Origin: Nemertoderma westbladi | Taxonomy: Eukaryota > Animalia > Xenacoelomorpha | Length of the DNA stretch: 64,000 nt | Direction: 5' to 3' | Assembly: GCA_032718475.1 (NCBI GenBank) | Contig: JAUCBJ010007789.1 | Span: forward strand, 40,011-104,010 | Shown here: positions 38,713 to 52,310 of the stretch, piece by piece | Layout of the letters: each line of letters opens with the position of its first letter | Position numbering within the stretch: the stretch's first letter is position 1 | Notes under the pieces: model-generated | Database searches by the model: none | What the model was told of the DNA's origin: nothing | Seen by the model: the letters and a program-made list of their open reading frames with translations, nothing else | Made by a program: the position numbers and the translations under genes

Positions 38713-39669
38713 TGATGGGGTGGTTGGTATTATGGCGTTTCAGCAACTGATAGTATAGCGTTAGAACCTGCGTTGAGCCCAACGTCACCATCACATTGTA
38801 TCCACATAGGGCAGAGCAAATCAGTATGATTTATTACCTTGGCCTCACGTTTCCCGTTATTCATTTTCGTTCTACATTAGTTTACCCACGCCTACTCCAA
38901 CACTACTGATTATTACCGTAGGCCTACACAAAACCAGCAATAAACGAATATTATTGTTATTATGTCTGATCCATAAAATCAGAGTGGAAGTCTATATCCC
39001 CTTATAAACTTAATTATTGTACTGGTAAGCCTGAGTGAGCATCATTAGGCCCCTTTAACAAGCAACAAAATATGTTAGGTTTTGTTCAGTTTCATTTCTG
39101 AAGGAAATTGTAAACGGGATTTGTAATTCAAATAGACCGACTCCAGTTCCAAATATTTAAAATTAACTAACTAACTCAAACAGTTAACAATTCTGCCATC
39201 AATAACTATAACTAACTTAAACTTGTCATCATTTATAATTTACTTACATAATGAGTGAAATCACAGTTACATTCATTACATACGAGGGTATGTGACCTAG
39301 TTGCCGAAACGCGACTGCAGTTCGCCGAAATGCAACTACGAGTTGCCGAAATACAACTATAGCAGTTGGTGAAACGTAATTGTTCAGTTGCCGAAACGCG
39401 ACAGAACCGGGGAGGCTGATATTGATACTGATAATTTAAAGCAGTAGGCTACTGCAGTACCTGTACTGCAGTTTAGCACAGCCTGACTGTATAATGTAAA
39501 ATGATAATTTAAAGGGGGGACTGAATCTGTGGAGAGGGGCCAGAATCCGCTAGCGGATTCGGTCACCCCGGACTTTACCCTATAGGACTGTAGGACAGTG
39601 CCATACTGGTATTCTTCCTGGTCAAGGTAGCAGCAGACTGACCAGTTGTCATATACATAAGGCCTATAA

Positions 39670-39905
39670 ACGCCCTCAGGGCAAAATGCCCTCAGGGCAA
39701 AACGCCCTCAGGGCAAAATTCCCCTCAGGGCAAAATGCCCTCAGGGCAAAATGCCCTCAGGGCAAAATGCCCTCAGGGCAAAATGCCCTCAGGGCAAAAT
39801 GCCCTCAGGGCAAAATGCCCTCAGGGCAAAATGCCCTCAGGGCAAAATGCCCTCAGGGCAAAATGCCCTCAGGGCAAAATGCCCTCAGGGCAAAACGCCC
39901 TGATG
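39670..39905. repeat. Right subterminal 16-bp array (~14 copies, inverted relative to the left array)
   Basis: gccctcagggcaaaat tandem units. Confidence 0.95.
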
Positions 39906-40295
39906 AATTTTGAAATGGCATGCTTTCTATGGCTTTGTATGAAATTTATTTAATTGCGTCCAAGTTTTATTAATGTTTTGTCCTTGACAGTTGTGGGCTT
40001 CCGTACTAATTAGCATACTTTGCCAGATATATGTTCATTTTATTTTAATTCACTGTACATGTGCAAAAATTAATATTTTATTGTTATTCTGGCGATATTA
40101 ACATAACATAAGATACCTGTAACAAATTATAACTTTGCAAATGATTAATTGATCTTTGTCCATTTTGATAAACTCCTCAGTACTGTATATGTATGTATGT
40201 ATAGGCCTAACACTATACCTTGCCCGCTTTGGCAAGTACATATATCTATAAACAGATAAAGGATGAAGGAATAATATTGTAAGCAAAGCAGGAGG

Positions 40296-41420
40296 CCTGT
40301 ATGGAATCCATCCAAAAAGTGCGCCGGATAGCGCGCCGACCAATTTTTATGCGCGCCGCGCGCCGATGCAATTTCGAAGAAACCCCGCGCCAACCTGTCA
40401 ACGAAATTTTTAAGCGCGCCGCACATTGAAACAATTTTGAAGAGCGCCGCGCCAATGCAATTTAAATTTTGAAGGAGTGTAACCAGTCTGCCAATAATGT
40501 CAGTACTGCTGTACTATGTCCCTGTTCCAGGCTGCAAACCACCACTGAACCGCGCACAACGCCCGCGCACAATTTTTCAGCTGTGCAATATCTGACAATA
40601 TACCGCGCATGGACTGAAAAAACGCTCACACCACGCTGAAAAACAATTCAATTCACACAAACATACGAATAAATAAATAAATAAAAAAAAGTATTATTTA
40701 TTAACGTAAGTAAAGAAATAAAAAAATAAATTTAAGCAATGCAAAATGAAAAAAAAAACGTGAGCGAAATTTTTCATTTTAACAATGTAAAATGAAAACG
40801 AAACGCGAGCGAAGCGTGTGAAATTTTTAATTTTGATATGTAACATGTAGGCCAGCAGGTCTAAAATGAAAAAAAAACGCGAGCGAAGCAAGCGAAATTT
40901 TTTTATTTTAACAATGCAAAATGTAAAAGAAACGCGAGCGAAGCGAGTGAAATTTATTTTTCTCATTAAATTGCAGTTTTGCACACACTTTATAACTTTC
41001 TTTACACCTCATCAGCGCACTTCACACTTTGACTATTAATATTTTGCACAGATTACCGCGCACTTTTTGCTTTTGGTGTTTTTCACACAATTCCGCGCAC
41101 TTTTATTTCAATTCCGCGCTCTTTTACCTGCGAATTTTGCACTCCATTTGCAGCCTGGTCCCTGTTCAGCAGTAACCATACAACAGAAAAAAGAAAGGCG
41201 AGCGAAGCGAGCCGAATTTTTTTCACAGCTAATGCAATTTTTAAGGCACTTCCGTAATTGTTAAACCAACAAATTGGCGCCGGTTTTTATTTTTGGGAGC
41301 GCCACGCGTCAAAGCCGGCGCACTTTACGATTTTCGAGTGCGCCACGCGCCACATTGGCGCGCTTTTATTGTAAAGTGCGCCGGATTAATCCGGCGCAAA
41401 GTGTATGGATTCCAGTCTGG
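40296..41420. mobile_element. Non-autonomous TIR element with 8-bp TSD
   Basis: Imperfect TIR cctgtatggaatccat..tgcgccggat / atccggcgca..atggattccagtctgg. TSD GCAGGAGG at 40288-40295 and 41421-41428. Internal GCGC-rich and cgcgagcgaagcg repeats. Confidence 0.75.
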
Positions 41421-42537
41421 GCAGGAGGGGCAGAGGGGATGTTTTTGTTGGAAATAAACAAACTCTGATTAAAAGTAAATGTTTGTAGTTTAGGTAGTGT
41501 GTGTGTACCAATGGGTTATCCTATTTCCTATTTAGGGAAATTAGCAGTGTACAACTACGGTATAGGTTTTCTAACAAAAACAATGATTTCATTTATTTAT
41601 TTCATAAACAATATTAATCATTTAAAATTAATAGGAAATTAATCAAAAAATCACCCAGTGTCTCATCTGGGAACACCAGGACCAGAACACTAATGTATAA
41701 CCAGGAACCATGGAACAGAAGAACATTAGGCCTATTATCAATGAAATATAAACTCGATAACGAATTTTCAATTTCAATTTTAATAATTATTTCACTTTCA
41801 ATATGTATGTATGTACCAGTTTTGATGTACCTACTTCTGGACTTCTACTGCTTTTCGATATTTAGAAATAGGCCTAGCCTAAGACACTACAGCAGTAAGA
41901 ATCTAAAATTAGGTTCCTCAAATCCGATAGTTTCATAGGCTATTCAATAATATTCTGATATTAGTATTTTGAATCATTACTTAATATTATTCATTGTTAG
42001 GCCTATTAGCTATTAACAGTAAAACAGGAAATTTAAAGTCTAAAATAAATAAAAATCAACTAAAATAATTAAAAACCAAGATATTGTATAATTTCCCTAT
42101 AGCAGTATAGGGAAATCTGTCATTGCCCTATAGGGAAATAAAAACTTCCCTATAGGGAAATAAATAAGATTCCCTATTGGGCTAATTTCCCAGACTGCAA
42201 TGGCAAGAATGTCCGAAATTCCGCTAAATTTCTTACATTATGACTTAGGGTTAGGGTTACATGACAGTTTTAATTAGGGCTGAGACCACCACTACTGTAA
42301 CCAGCGAGTTTCATCCAGTATGAAAATCCAATGGCCGTGTGGTACCCCAAACTGCAGAGTGCAGAACTGCATATTCCCATTATTGCGATAAACTATATTA
42401 AGTATGACTTTTCATGGATGATTAGCACTACTGTATATGTACCGGTAGGCCTACTATTTTAAATTTTAGCCTGACTTTATACAACCATTTTACAGTTTTA
42501 TCAGTTTATAAACCATTTCGCTATCACAACCCTGAAT

Positions 42538-44304
42538 ATGCAGCCGAACGCATCAGTTATTCTGAACCGATATGGTCTTAACGGTAGCCTAAACTTACAG
42601 GATATGTGTATGCATAGTATCATTCGAACATTGGTGAATATAATTGAGAAAACTGAATTTAGAAAAGTTGCTTATTACGAAAATTGTTGCGATGTCAGTG
42701 CTGTCTGTCACTGGCTGTCACTCGGTGTTCCACCTAGATTCCGTATGGACATCAGGAAATATATTCTTCGCTCCTATACAATGGCTGTTAATGAGCTTAA
42801 ATCGATATGGAATGATGAAGTTCTTCCATTTCCTCCTCCACGTCTCGAATTTTCCCATCACTTACCATATCACATCCCTCATAGAATAACCTTCAACTAT
42901 ATTATGGAATCCTATAAAGACATATTTCTGACCCAATGTTTCTTTCCTCTTGACATCATAGTAGACGCTAAGATAGTGTCAGATAACGAATTATCCTTTC
43001 CGGTAGTTGTTTTAGACGGTAATGAAGTGTTTGAATTTCCCCTAATTGCAGTTCGCGTTATGTTGAGATGGGTCCCGGAAATGTCACAAGGATTGAGGGT
43101 CTTAGATTTGGGTAGAGCTAAACTGGAATTTGGCAGCAACTCAGTTACCATGTCCGACATGGGTTTTAATCCCGGTAACACGGTTGATTTCCCTGAACTC
43201 ACCACTCTTAAGACTAGATTGGAAGTAAATGATGACACAATCGGGGCTATTGCACAGCGCTGCCCCAACCTAGTAACATTATGCATTCCAGAATCCGATG
43301 TTACATTCACTGGTCTTTGCAGTCTTAAACAACTTGAAAGATTGCGAACTTTGGACATCTCGAAATGTAGCGAAGTATCCGTCGCTGATCTGATTAATTT
43401 ACAGATATTGTTACCCCAAGTTTCTATCCTCACCGATAAAACAACTTCGATAGAACTACTAATTAATTTACTTCAGCGCGATTTTTACCCATCCGATACA
43501 AACTTCCGTTTCATTGACTTTTCTTTACAGTGCTATTCAAAAGAATGGAAGACCCATACCGGTCGTGAAAAAGCCGAACCTGATGTCTCCGCTACTGATA
43601 AACTTATTAAAGGCATACTTCTTCCCTACTGCAAGTATAGAGTTCAGAGTTTATCATTCGATTTAAAATGGAATAGTAATTGGCGCAATCAGAGTCAATC
43701 ACACCTTGAAAGTGAACTACTGCAACAACTTTGTGGATTCCCTAACTTAAAGTTTTTAACTTTTGATAACTGTGATATGTATCAATTTATTTCGGAAGCC
43801 GTTAACGGAGGAGTCGTTCTGGCTCAGGTCATCAACGTTCGATTTATAAGTTCCCAAGTATCATTGGTTGATTTAGGTTCCATGTTCCCAAATGTAAAGG
43901 AATTGACTATAATTATGAATACCCGTACTGGCGGTACGGATAATGACATAGCGCCCCCAGAAGAGGACCTTAAACAAATGACATCTGTGGAATCTCTTAC
44001 TTTAACTCTGTCTTACAGTTGTTTTATAAAGGTCCTACGAAGCGCGCCTTACTTGACTAAACTCTCGATTGAGCTCGTTTCTTATCTTGACCAATTTACA
44101 CATCCTATTTTCATGCTGACTAAAGAACAGGTGCGACTCGATATGGAAAATATAATCGCTTCAGGAAATCTCGTCGAATGTCTAAGAAGCTTCCATATGG
44201 TGTACGTGAACTACAGCCGTCACTATTACCGCGATCCTCCAAGATGGAGTATTGAGCAGGTAATACGTGGTATATTTCATGAACGGTGTAAAAACTTAAT
44301 TTGA
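42538..44304 (+). CDS. Intronless leucine-rich-repeat protein (F-box/LRR, AMN1-like repeats), 588 aa
   Basis: Long ORF in AT-rich DNA; LRVLDL, IAQRCPNLVTLCI, LERLRTLDISKCSEVS, FPNLKFLTF, FPNVKELTI, APYLTKLSI repeats. Confidence 0.75.
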   Translation: MQPNASVILNRYGLNGSLNLQDMCMHSIIRTLVNIIEKTEFRKVAYYENCCDVSAVCHWLSLGVPPRFRMDIRKYILRSYTMAVNELKSIWNDEVLPFPPPRLEFSHHLPYHIPHRITFNYIMESYKDIFLTQCFFPLDIIVDAKIVSDNELSFPVVVLDGNEVFEFPLIAVRVMLRWVPEMSQGLRVLDLGRAKLEFGSNSVTMSDMGFNPGNTVDFPELTTLKTRLEVNDDTIGAIAQRCPNLVTLCIPESDVTFTGLCSLKQLERLRTLDISKCSEVSVADLINLQILLPQVSILTDKTTSIELLINLLQRDFYPSDTNFRFIDFSLQCYSKEWKTHTGREKAEPDVSATDKLIKGILLPYCKYRVQSLSFDLKWNSNWRNQSQSHLESELLQQLCGFPNLKFLTFDNCDMYQFISEAVNGGVVLAQVINVRFISSQVSLVDLGSMFPNVKELTIIMNTRTGGTDNDIAPPEEDLKQMTSVESLTLTLSYSCFIKVLRSAPYLTKLSIELVSYLDQFTHPIFMLTKEQVRLDMENIIASGNLVECLRSFHMVYVNYSRHYYRDPPRWSIEQVIRGIFHERCKNLI

Positions 44305-44606
44305 AAGTAATTGTGTATCGAGATCGACTGAAATCAAAACCTGAAGAACCACTGTTGTTAATTATTTCATTAGTAGCCCTCTTACTCTCTGCGGGGTACC
44401 GGGATCATTTTTCATTATGAAAGGTGTTCGTCAAGGATTTTGTTGAATAATAATTATTTATTACCGTACATGAAAACGAATAGGTTTTTTCTCGGCTAAA
44501 AAGTATAAATTTTCGGCTGTTACGCCAGGGATTATTCATAAAGTCTGAATACGTATTTCCAGTGCGGAAATATACATATTCTATACACCCCGGTGGTGAG
44601 TGATAC

Positions 44607-45106
44607 TAGGAGTCGAGCGGAATTCCGGTTCCGGTTACCGGAACCGGAATTATTATACCGGAATTATACATTTTTGAAGCAAGTGAGATTAATCGCATTT
44701 TTTCACAAACATATTTTTTTTCAGAATTATAGCTGAAAATTATGATTTATTTATTTTATCTGTTTAGTCTATTAACGCACAGTTTTACTTATAAAACTCT
44801 GACTTTGTTGGCTTCGAATTCAATAATTAATTATATACAATCATCTGAATGTTCAGATAGACTCCGATATTTGACTCTAACTAGAACTAACATCATTACA
44901 CTTTTGACTCTAACTCAACTAAACTGAATTAAGCCCACTGAAAAATGTGTCGTTTTTTCATTTTCATTGTTTTACGTTTCTATTGCCTAAATGCACACGT
45001 AAATTTCAAGTTTGACTGTATTGAACTTTTTGTATAAAAAATTCCGGTTCCGGTAAAATTCGTCTCATTCCGGTTCCGGTATAAATGTAATTCCGCTCGA
45101 CTCCTA
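44607..45106. mobile_element. hAT-like MITE
   Basis: 18-bp TIR taggagtcgagcggaatt / aattccgctcgactccta; TSD agtgatac / agtgatat; subterminal ttccgg repeats. Confidence 0.85.
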
Positions 45107-46046
45107 AGTGATATATACTCATTTAGCAATCATTTGAGAATGCAAGGTAGAGATGAAACGTGACTGATTTATTTAAAGCATTCGTATAGCGATACTCCCA
45201 TATAGCCCGCATGCGGGCCTCGAACCCATGACCACTGGAGCCAGATATGTGCATTAGCGACAGTGGATTTAACCACTACTCCCAAGGTGAGACCCAATGT
45301 CCCTGATATGTATTATTTGTCGAGAGAAAGTTAGTAAGCGATGTTAATTTACCTTAATTATACATCTAGTGATCATACGGTTTAAAAAGCTAATTGTTTT
45401 TTATGTTTTTCCACGTAATTTTGTGCCATAAGCTGGCCTTTTCATCTCTCCTTGCTTGCTGGAACCATATTATCGGTAGATAACCATCAACTTGGTGCTT
45501 GGATTTTTTTTATATTTTACTTCGTTGCTTTCAGATAGTACTAGGAGCGCTTACATTTTTTTTTAAATTTAATTATATTTTATATACACGATTTAATAAT
45601 TCTGGAACGTAATTTAATTTTCTGGCAATTAATTAATATTTCTGGCCTAGATATTTTAATATTATTGATACAATTTTATTTATTTAAGAATGAATCCGGT
45701 AGTGATGTGGTACAGCGTAGCATATATTGGTCAATTTCAATTAGTATTGTATATATTATAATGCCTTACTTGTCGAAGTTCAACCACGAGAAATATTATT
45801 GTTTACTTTCTTTTATTTTTTATTGCTTTGGTTATAAAACCCTCGTCTGTCACTATAACATCCTCCTTCTTTTATTTGGGGAAGCTATCGTTTGTTGCTT
45901 TGCTCAGAAATGCCGGTTTCTCTAACCCGTTAGTTCCTTTCCCTCAATTTTTAAAGATATCGTTGACGACAATTGTTTTGGTTAGAGAAGCCACTCCCAT
46001 CGATCTGAATTTTCCCTTAATTGCCGTAATTTTCCAGCTTAATTGA

Positions 46047-46203
46047 GTTGACAGAATTTTGAAATTTTGTTTCAAAAAAAGTTATGGCATTTTTTGTGTT
46101 AAAAAAAGTCGCGAAGTTTTGGATTTTTTTCGATTTTTCGGTATTTTTGAAACGAAAAATGCCATAACTTTTTTTTGAAACAAAATTTCAAAATTCTGTC
46201 AAC
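46047..46203. repeat. Inverted repeat with ~50-bp arms
   Basis: gttgacagaattttgaaattttgtttcaaaaaaagttatggcattttt ... aaaaatgccataactttttttgaaacaaaatttcaaaattctgtcaac. Confidence 0.85.
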
Positions 46204-46790
46204 ACAATTTCTGCGTAAAATATTTCGAAATTTCTGCGTATTTGATGGTCTTTTTTGGTGTCAAATGTGGTGCTGCACCAAAATTAAAATTTTTCAAATT
46301 TTGGGCGACAAAAGTTGACATAACTCGAGAACGAAACAACTTATCGAAAAACTGATTTCAGATTCGGAATCACCATAAAATTTTACAACGGAAAACACAT
46401 TAAACAAATCTGATGAAAAAAAAGACTGGGGGTGAATCCCCCCCTTATAAAATGTTCCTGTAAATTTTCCAAAACAGTGAAAATATTTTTCATAATACCA
46501 TTTTTTGGAATAAAAGTCTCCACTCTATCACTATGTAAGGATATGATAGGATACTTTTTGCGGTCTTTCGTTAATATAATTCCTTTGAATCAATATTAAC
46601 ACTTTGAAATTTACATAGGATTACCAAATGGCTATTTAACTACAGTTATTTCACATGTAAAAAACCATCGAGGTTATTAATAAACAGATATGATATTTAC
46701 CCCAAATTGATTTTCTAACTCTCTTCACCTCTTGGGGCTACTTTTTGATACCTTGGTATACTTATGGCGATTTTTGTAAGGTACTCACAG

Positions 46791-47534
46791 CAAGGATCGT
46801 ACGGTAGATACTTTTTGCGGTAGCGGTAACGGTATGGCTTTGCGGTAGTGGTATTTACCGCGGTAGCGGTAGCAAATAATGTAGCTGTTATTAATGAAGT
46901 TTACTTTTTGACGATTTTCTTAAAAGTGTGGCGTTTATTTAAATTGGTAAATTGTTTTCTTGATTTAATAAATTTTAATTTCTTTTTGTTTTTGTTGACA
47001 GAAAATACGATACAATGCGAACCAATTTTTCATATATAATGTGTAACAACTACTGTAATGATGGCTGAACGTTTATTTTGCATATGTGGTGATGTGTTAT
47101 AAATGTGAGCGGAAGAAAATGCGATAGATAAGAAAAAACGTTTTGTAATTATTTCGTATCATAAAAATTGTATATCTTATTAATTTCTTAGTTATACGAA
47201 ATCAGGATTATTATTTTCGAAAATTATTTGACTATTTCAAATAATTTGACTATTACTATTGGCTGCTGTTTCAGCCTGTTATGAAATATGAACTTCAACT
47301 TAATTTTGGAACACAGTTTTCAGTAAAAGTTTTATTTCTTAGGTACTTATTTTTCAATTATCAATTTAACAAGCATTCCATGGGCAGGCAGAAACAGCAC
47401 CCAATTTGAAACTTGCCTACTGTAAATAGTAAAAACTAAAAACCAACTACCGCAAATACCGCAGGAGTTGGTATTTGCGATGCGGTAGTGAAAAGCGCGG
47501 TATTTGCGGTAGCGGTAGTACCGTACCATCCCTA
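46791..47534. mobile_element. hAT-like MITE (older)
   Basis: TIR caaggatcgtacggta / taccgtaccatcccta; TSD actcacag / actaacag; gcggta subterminal repeats. Confidence 0.7.
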
Positions 47535-48659
47535 ACTAACAGTTTACTACGAGGTGACTCTGATAATTATTTTCGAATTCTCCATAAAAAATATATACAT
47601 TTTGCTGTACTGCTATCGAGCCAACAGCTAACATAAAATAATTTCATGGGCTTTCTGTATATCGAAATTGTTTTTTTCGTATATTTGTCGGTTGGAAAGT
47701 TATGAGGGATTCAATATAGTACATACGGCTACATGCAATGCATGGCGAAAAACGCAACGAAAATTTCAAATTGTTTCCTGATCTGAATATTTTCGGGGCT
47801 GAAATTCATTTTAAGAGTATACCAAATAGGGTCTCTCGTTTCTGTTCCAGACGTCTGCTAGTTGTGATAGGATATCTACGTGCTATTCTGCTGTTTTTGT
47901 ATATTGCTTCATGTATTAATTATTGTGCTGTTAGTTGTCTTTATTCGATTTTATATTATTATCTATATATAACATTATTCGGAATTTTTATTATTATCTA
48001 TATATAACATTATTCGGAATTTTTATTATTATCTATATCTGATACTTGATTATAAATGTAATTTACATTATAATATACGTTTTATAATCCTTCTTTATCT
48101 GCCCCTTCGCGCCCAATCGCTGGTTGGGCGCCGATCTTACACATACTGTATATTTGTAGGAAAACAGACCATTCTTCATTCCTACTGTAGAACGCCGACT
48201 ATAAATGTTTCCGCGGCATTGGAAATTTAACTGAAACTAATAAAGTACCGCTATAGTTTATGCAGAAACCTGACTCCTGACACTCTACATAGGTTAACAA
48301 CTGAGGAATTGTCTTTCCTTCGAATCTGAACTTTACATTAAACAAACAAATGCGAGTAGGCCTACTATATTATACTTAACAACAATAAGTAGTATCATGT
48401 TACAATATTACGGCCACATCACGTTCTGCAGTTACGCGCAATACGCAATAGAACCACTGTGAAGGTAAATAACTCTTTAGTTTAGATTTAAATACACAAT
48501 AATATACTTGAAAATAATAACTATGGTCCTACAGGACCCCCAAAAATCATACACCAAATGAAGAAAATGGAAGACAACATGGAACCCTCACCAGCACTTT
48601 TGGACTCCAGTCCAGAGCACTAGGTTGTTACAGTATGTAAGGGTAAGATGTTTACTGTA

Positions 48660-48860
48660 AAACTTGAATTCAACAATTAGAACAGCCAGATGTATGTCTT
48701 TCTTTGTTGATGACTCTGCAATTATCATTCTATGCGCCAGAATAGACTCCATGGTCCCGCGACCTTTAAAACCGTTTTCGTTCACACGCAACAGTCTCTC
48801 AACAGAATCCCTGATTTGATTTAATATAATTTTATTGTTATACTGTAGCTTTGCAGCAAT
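48660..48860 (-). mobile_element. LINE RT fragment
   Basis: ENGFKGRGTMESILAHRMII resembles the QxGFRxxRST..I RT motif. Confidence 0.55.
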
Positions 48861-49180
48861 CCAGATTAAGAGATTCCACGGAATTATCCATATAGTGTTA
48901 GGTTGCCCTTCTTGGGAACGAGGACCAACTTATTGTTTTCATTTCTTCTGGGACTCTCTTGGTTCTGAACGTATCTACTATGATGGGGTGAATGAGCTAC
49001 AAACACTGGTATTTTACAAAAACCACAGGGTACACCATTTACCTGGTATTACAGACTCGGATACTTATACTTCTATATAGTTATCAGGCAATAAATACCC
49101 TTGCTGCCTTGTCATTGTTTCGGAGCTCCTCAAAGCGGGCCTTTCAACATATTGAGGCGATCAGCTGGTGAATCTACCTT

Positions 49181-49860
49181 TACTACTACTAGGATCGGCA
49201 TGCTGCATTGCAGGTGCATTTTTAATAATGCTGTGCCGGCTTGTCAACAAAATTGCACCGCCACAACTCCCTATCACCCATAACATTTGCTAGATCATCC
49301 GCATCTTCAAGGCCAGTGTCCTTTAAGATGCGTCTCAAGAAAGTCATGGGCTGTCCACCATGCTTATTCACTCCAAGAGGCTGCCAAAGTACAAGATTAT
49401 GCACTGGCTGGTCCTCACGGCGAAAGCAATGTCCTGCAAAGCGGAGGCGATTTTGTTCTAGTGTCAAGCTTGGGGGAACCAATGAGACACCTCCAATGTT
49501 ATATAGTGTCTGGTTGGAGATGTGTGCATTGTACTTGACACAATGAACGCGGCGTAGCATTCTTGTGAATGTGCCATCCAGAGATTTGGTGTCCTCAGCA
49601 GTTAGAGCCCGTCATGGACTCCCGTAGAGGAGTACTGGAACTACTGCTGCTCTAAATAATCGGACCTTAAGTTTCCGATTAATTCTCGGTGACTTCCAAA
49701 TCCTGGAAAGCCTATTCAAGGCTGCCCATGCCTTTCCCTTACGTATTCGAAGGTCCTCACCTGACTTCCGGATCCATGATCCCAGGTAACAGAAGTCGTC
49801 CACATGCTCAAGCATACCATCCTTTGAGCTTATGCTCATCCGATCAGAGACTTGCTGAGG
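49181..49860 (-). mobile_element. RTE-like LINE 3' fragment with (TAG)n tail
   Basis: VDDFCYLGSWI..KAWAALNRLSRIWKS..KVRLFRAAVVPVLLYGS, RLRFAGHCFR, DRELWR; tail tactactact on the plus strand. Confidence 0.85.
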
Positions 49861-50341
49861 ACTTTCAACTGGTGAATCGACCTTTACCTTGGTGGTTGGT
49901 TGGCTTTTCTCCCATAGTCAACATTTCAGCAAGTTGATCGATTACCATGCCTGGGGTGATTGCATGCTGTCATTTTGGCATCAACCTGCAGGACGATAAG
50001 CTGTAGATTAAGCTGTTGATAAGCTGTGTATACAGTAAGTAGGCCTACTGTACTTCTTGTTGAGGGGCCAAGGTGCAGTCTTAACTGCATTCTTGTCTGC
50101 CGTAGTCTGTTTGAACCCTGACTCTCTGTGCCACAGTGAGATCTGTGTACCGTCCAGCCCACAGTTGTTTTTCTGCGTTATTCTAAATAATTTAATCACA
50201 TGACGTTATTAGAATACACACTATAATTCACAATTATTCAACTTACAAAATTGAAATAGGTCGAACCGAACCAGAGGCCCTTACATTCATATTTTTTTCA
50301 AACTTAATTATTTCGCTTGATATTCTGGTTCGATTTAAATA

Positions 50342-50805
50342 TAGGGACGGATTAAGAGGGGCGCAACAGGGGCAGCTCCCGGGGTCCCGTAGGTTGGAAG
50401 GGGCCCGTAAGTTATCTCACTGATAAAACAAACTCATTTATTTATTAATTTCTGGCTGTTCAATAAATATTTATATCTCATATATAGCACAGATGGATAA
50501 TCAATTATTACTGTACTACAATTAATCTTTTTTTAAGTAATTGTTGTTATCTCTAATTGATTTACCACTATATTTTCAAAATTATATCACAATCAAAGTC
50601 ACTAATATATAATTGACGTCTTTTGAATGGTGTAATTTTAGGAAAAAGTACTAATTACTTAAATAATAATAATTTATTTTCACCAACGGGGTCCAAAATT
50701 TTTGTAATTGGTTTTCATGGGAGGAGGGGGGGGGGGGGGGGGGGGGGTTGTAGGGGCCCATAATTTGGGACTCCAGGGGTCCCGACAATCCATAATCCGT
50801 ACCTG
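50342..50805. mobile_element. hAT-like MITE
   Basis: TIR tagggacggatta / taatccgtacctg; perfect 8-bp TSD TTTAAATA (50334-50341, 50806-50813). Confidence 0.85.
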
Positions 50806-52310
50806 TTTAAATAATGTTTCATAACTGCATTATTTTGCTTAATATTATTGGTTGATTTAAAACATGTTCTGTGTTGAATTATTTTACTTGATATTATTGT
50901 TCGATTTAAATAACAGTTTAATTATTTCAACCGATAATTATAGACTTATCGGATGATGCAGTGAATTATTTCGACCTATAATTTATTATTGCTTGTAAAT
51001 ATAATCAGCTGGCTGGCTGGTATCCAGCTGGTGCAGTACCAGTTGTTGTTGCTTTCCTATACTATATTAGTCATTAGTCCTCAATAAATAATATCACATC
51101 CAGGGATACGTCCGCGCCCAGTGCAGCAGTGTACAGTATATTACTGTGAAATATATGACGAATATTTATAGCTGTTTGGTGGCAGTCCAATGATTAATTA
51201 TTAAGTTCATCGTAAGGATAAATGAACCAATCATATCCAAGTTCAGGAACGTGCTAATAATATGCTGGTTAGCTTTAACAGGCAGAGGCAGACAAGCGTG
51301 CACCGCATGAGGATTGATCCAAATACGATTTAATTCAAATAGGATAGGTAAATACGATAGTTAGCTTGTATACGCCTACTGCAGTACTGTACAAATACTG
51401 ACTTTAGTTTAACCCGCCCGCCCACAGAGCAATGAAATGTTAAACTGCAAAGTCCGAAATCCGAAAAATTGCAAAGTGAAAAATTTTATTTACTGCAACT
51501 ACCGCAGTTGTACCGGTCATGCTGTCATGCCGGTACGGTACCGGTACATTGTCTGAATGTCTCGCTGTAGGCTGTACACAACTGCACAAGGCCATCTACA
51601 ATCTAAATAACTTGTTTAGATGGCCTTGGCTGTACAGCTGTAGCCGACCTACGCGTCCTACCTGCCTACGGCCTGCCTGCTGTATAGGCCTACATTGCTA
51701 CAGGCTGACAGGCCAGCGCCAGGCCAGGCTGCCGGGCACGGACAGACGTACGACGGAGGCACCAGATTATTGATCAGTTAGTTGGGTGGTGGCGGTGAGT
51801 CCTACTCCTACCGCTGCTGTATCCAGTATCCGCGTGCTCTACTGCCGGTCAGCCGGTAGTCCGGCGGTAGACAGTTAGACCCACTCACTACTACACTAGT
51901 CAGCTACTGGCAGACTGGCAGTTCTGTAGGCCTAGTTAATAAATGATTTATTCAGTTATTTAGTTATAGTTCATTGGCGTACCTCTGGTATTTTCGTATT
52001 GCAAAAATAAGACTATAAGTACCCAAGTATGAAATACCCTATGTTATTGAGATATTGTTTATTGTTTTGGTTAGAAAAGCCCACCACTGTAACCTGCTCC
52101 TTTCCGTTAATTAAGTAATGGAGATTAGTTTATTGTTTTGGTTAGAAAACACCACCACTGTAACCTGCTTCTTTTGCCAGAGGTACGCATATGAACGATA
52201 ACCAGTTATTTGGGTAAACTTATATTCTGATAATATTATTATTTCTGATAATATTGTTATTGTCTGATTGTGTATCATAGTATTGTAATAGTCTGTATTG
52301 CTGTATTGTT

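Larger units (their letters stand above)
34166..40005 (+). mobile_element. Complete IS3EU-type DNA transposon (5.84 kb)
   Basis: Termini TACGGAAGCCC...GGGCTTCCGTA. ~100-bp near-perfect TIR continued by inverted 16-bp repeat arrays. 6-bp TSD CTAATT at 34160-34165 and 40006-40011. Two convergent genes. TAY..RTA ends with 6-bp TSD match the IS3EU superfamily as I recall it. Confidence 0.85.

Noticed and set aside
45200-45290. tRNA-like A/B boxes on the minus strand (AGTGGTTAAA..GGTTCGAGGCCC)
   Set aside because: No convincing cloverleaf; at most a decayed SINE head.
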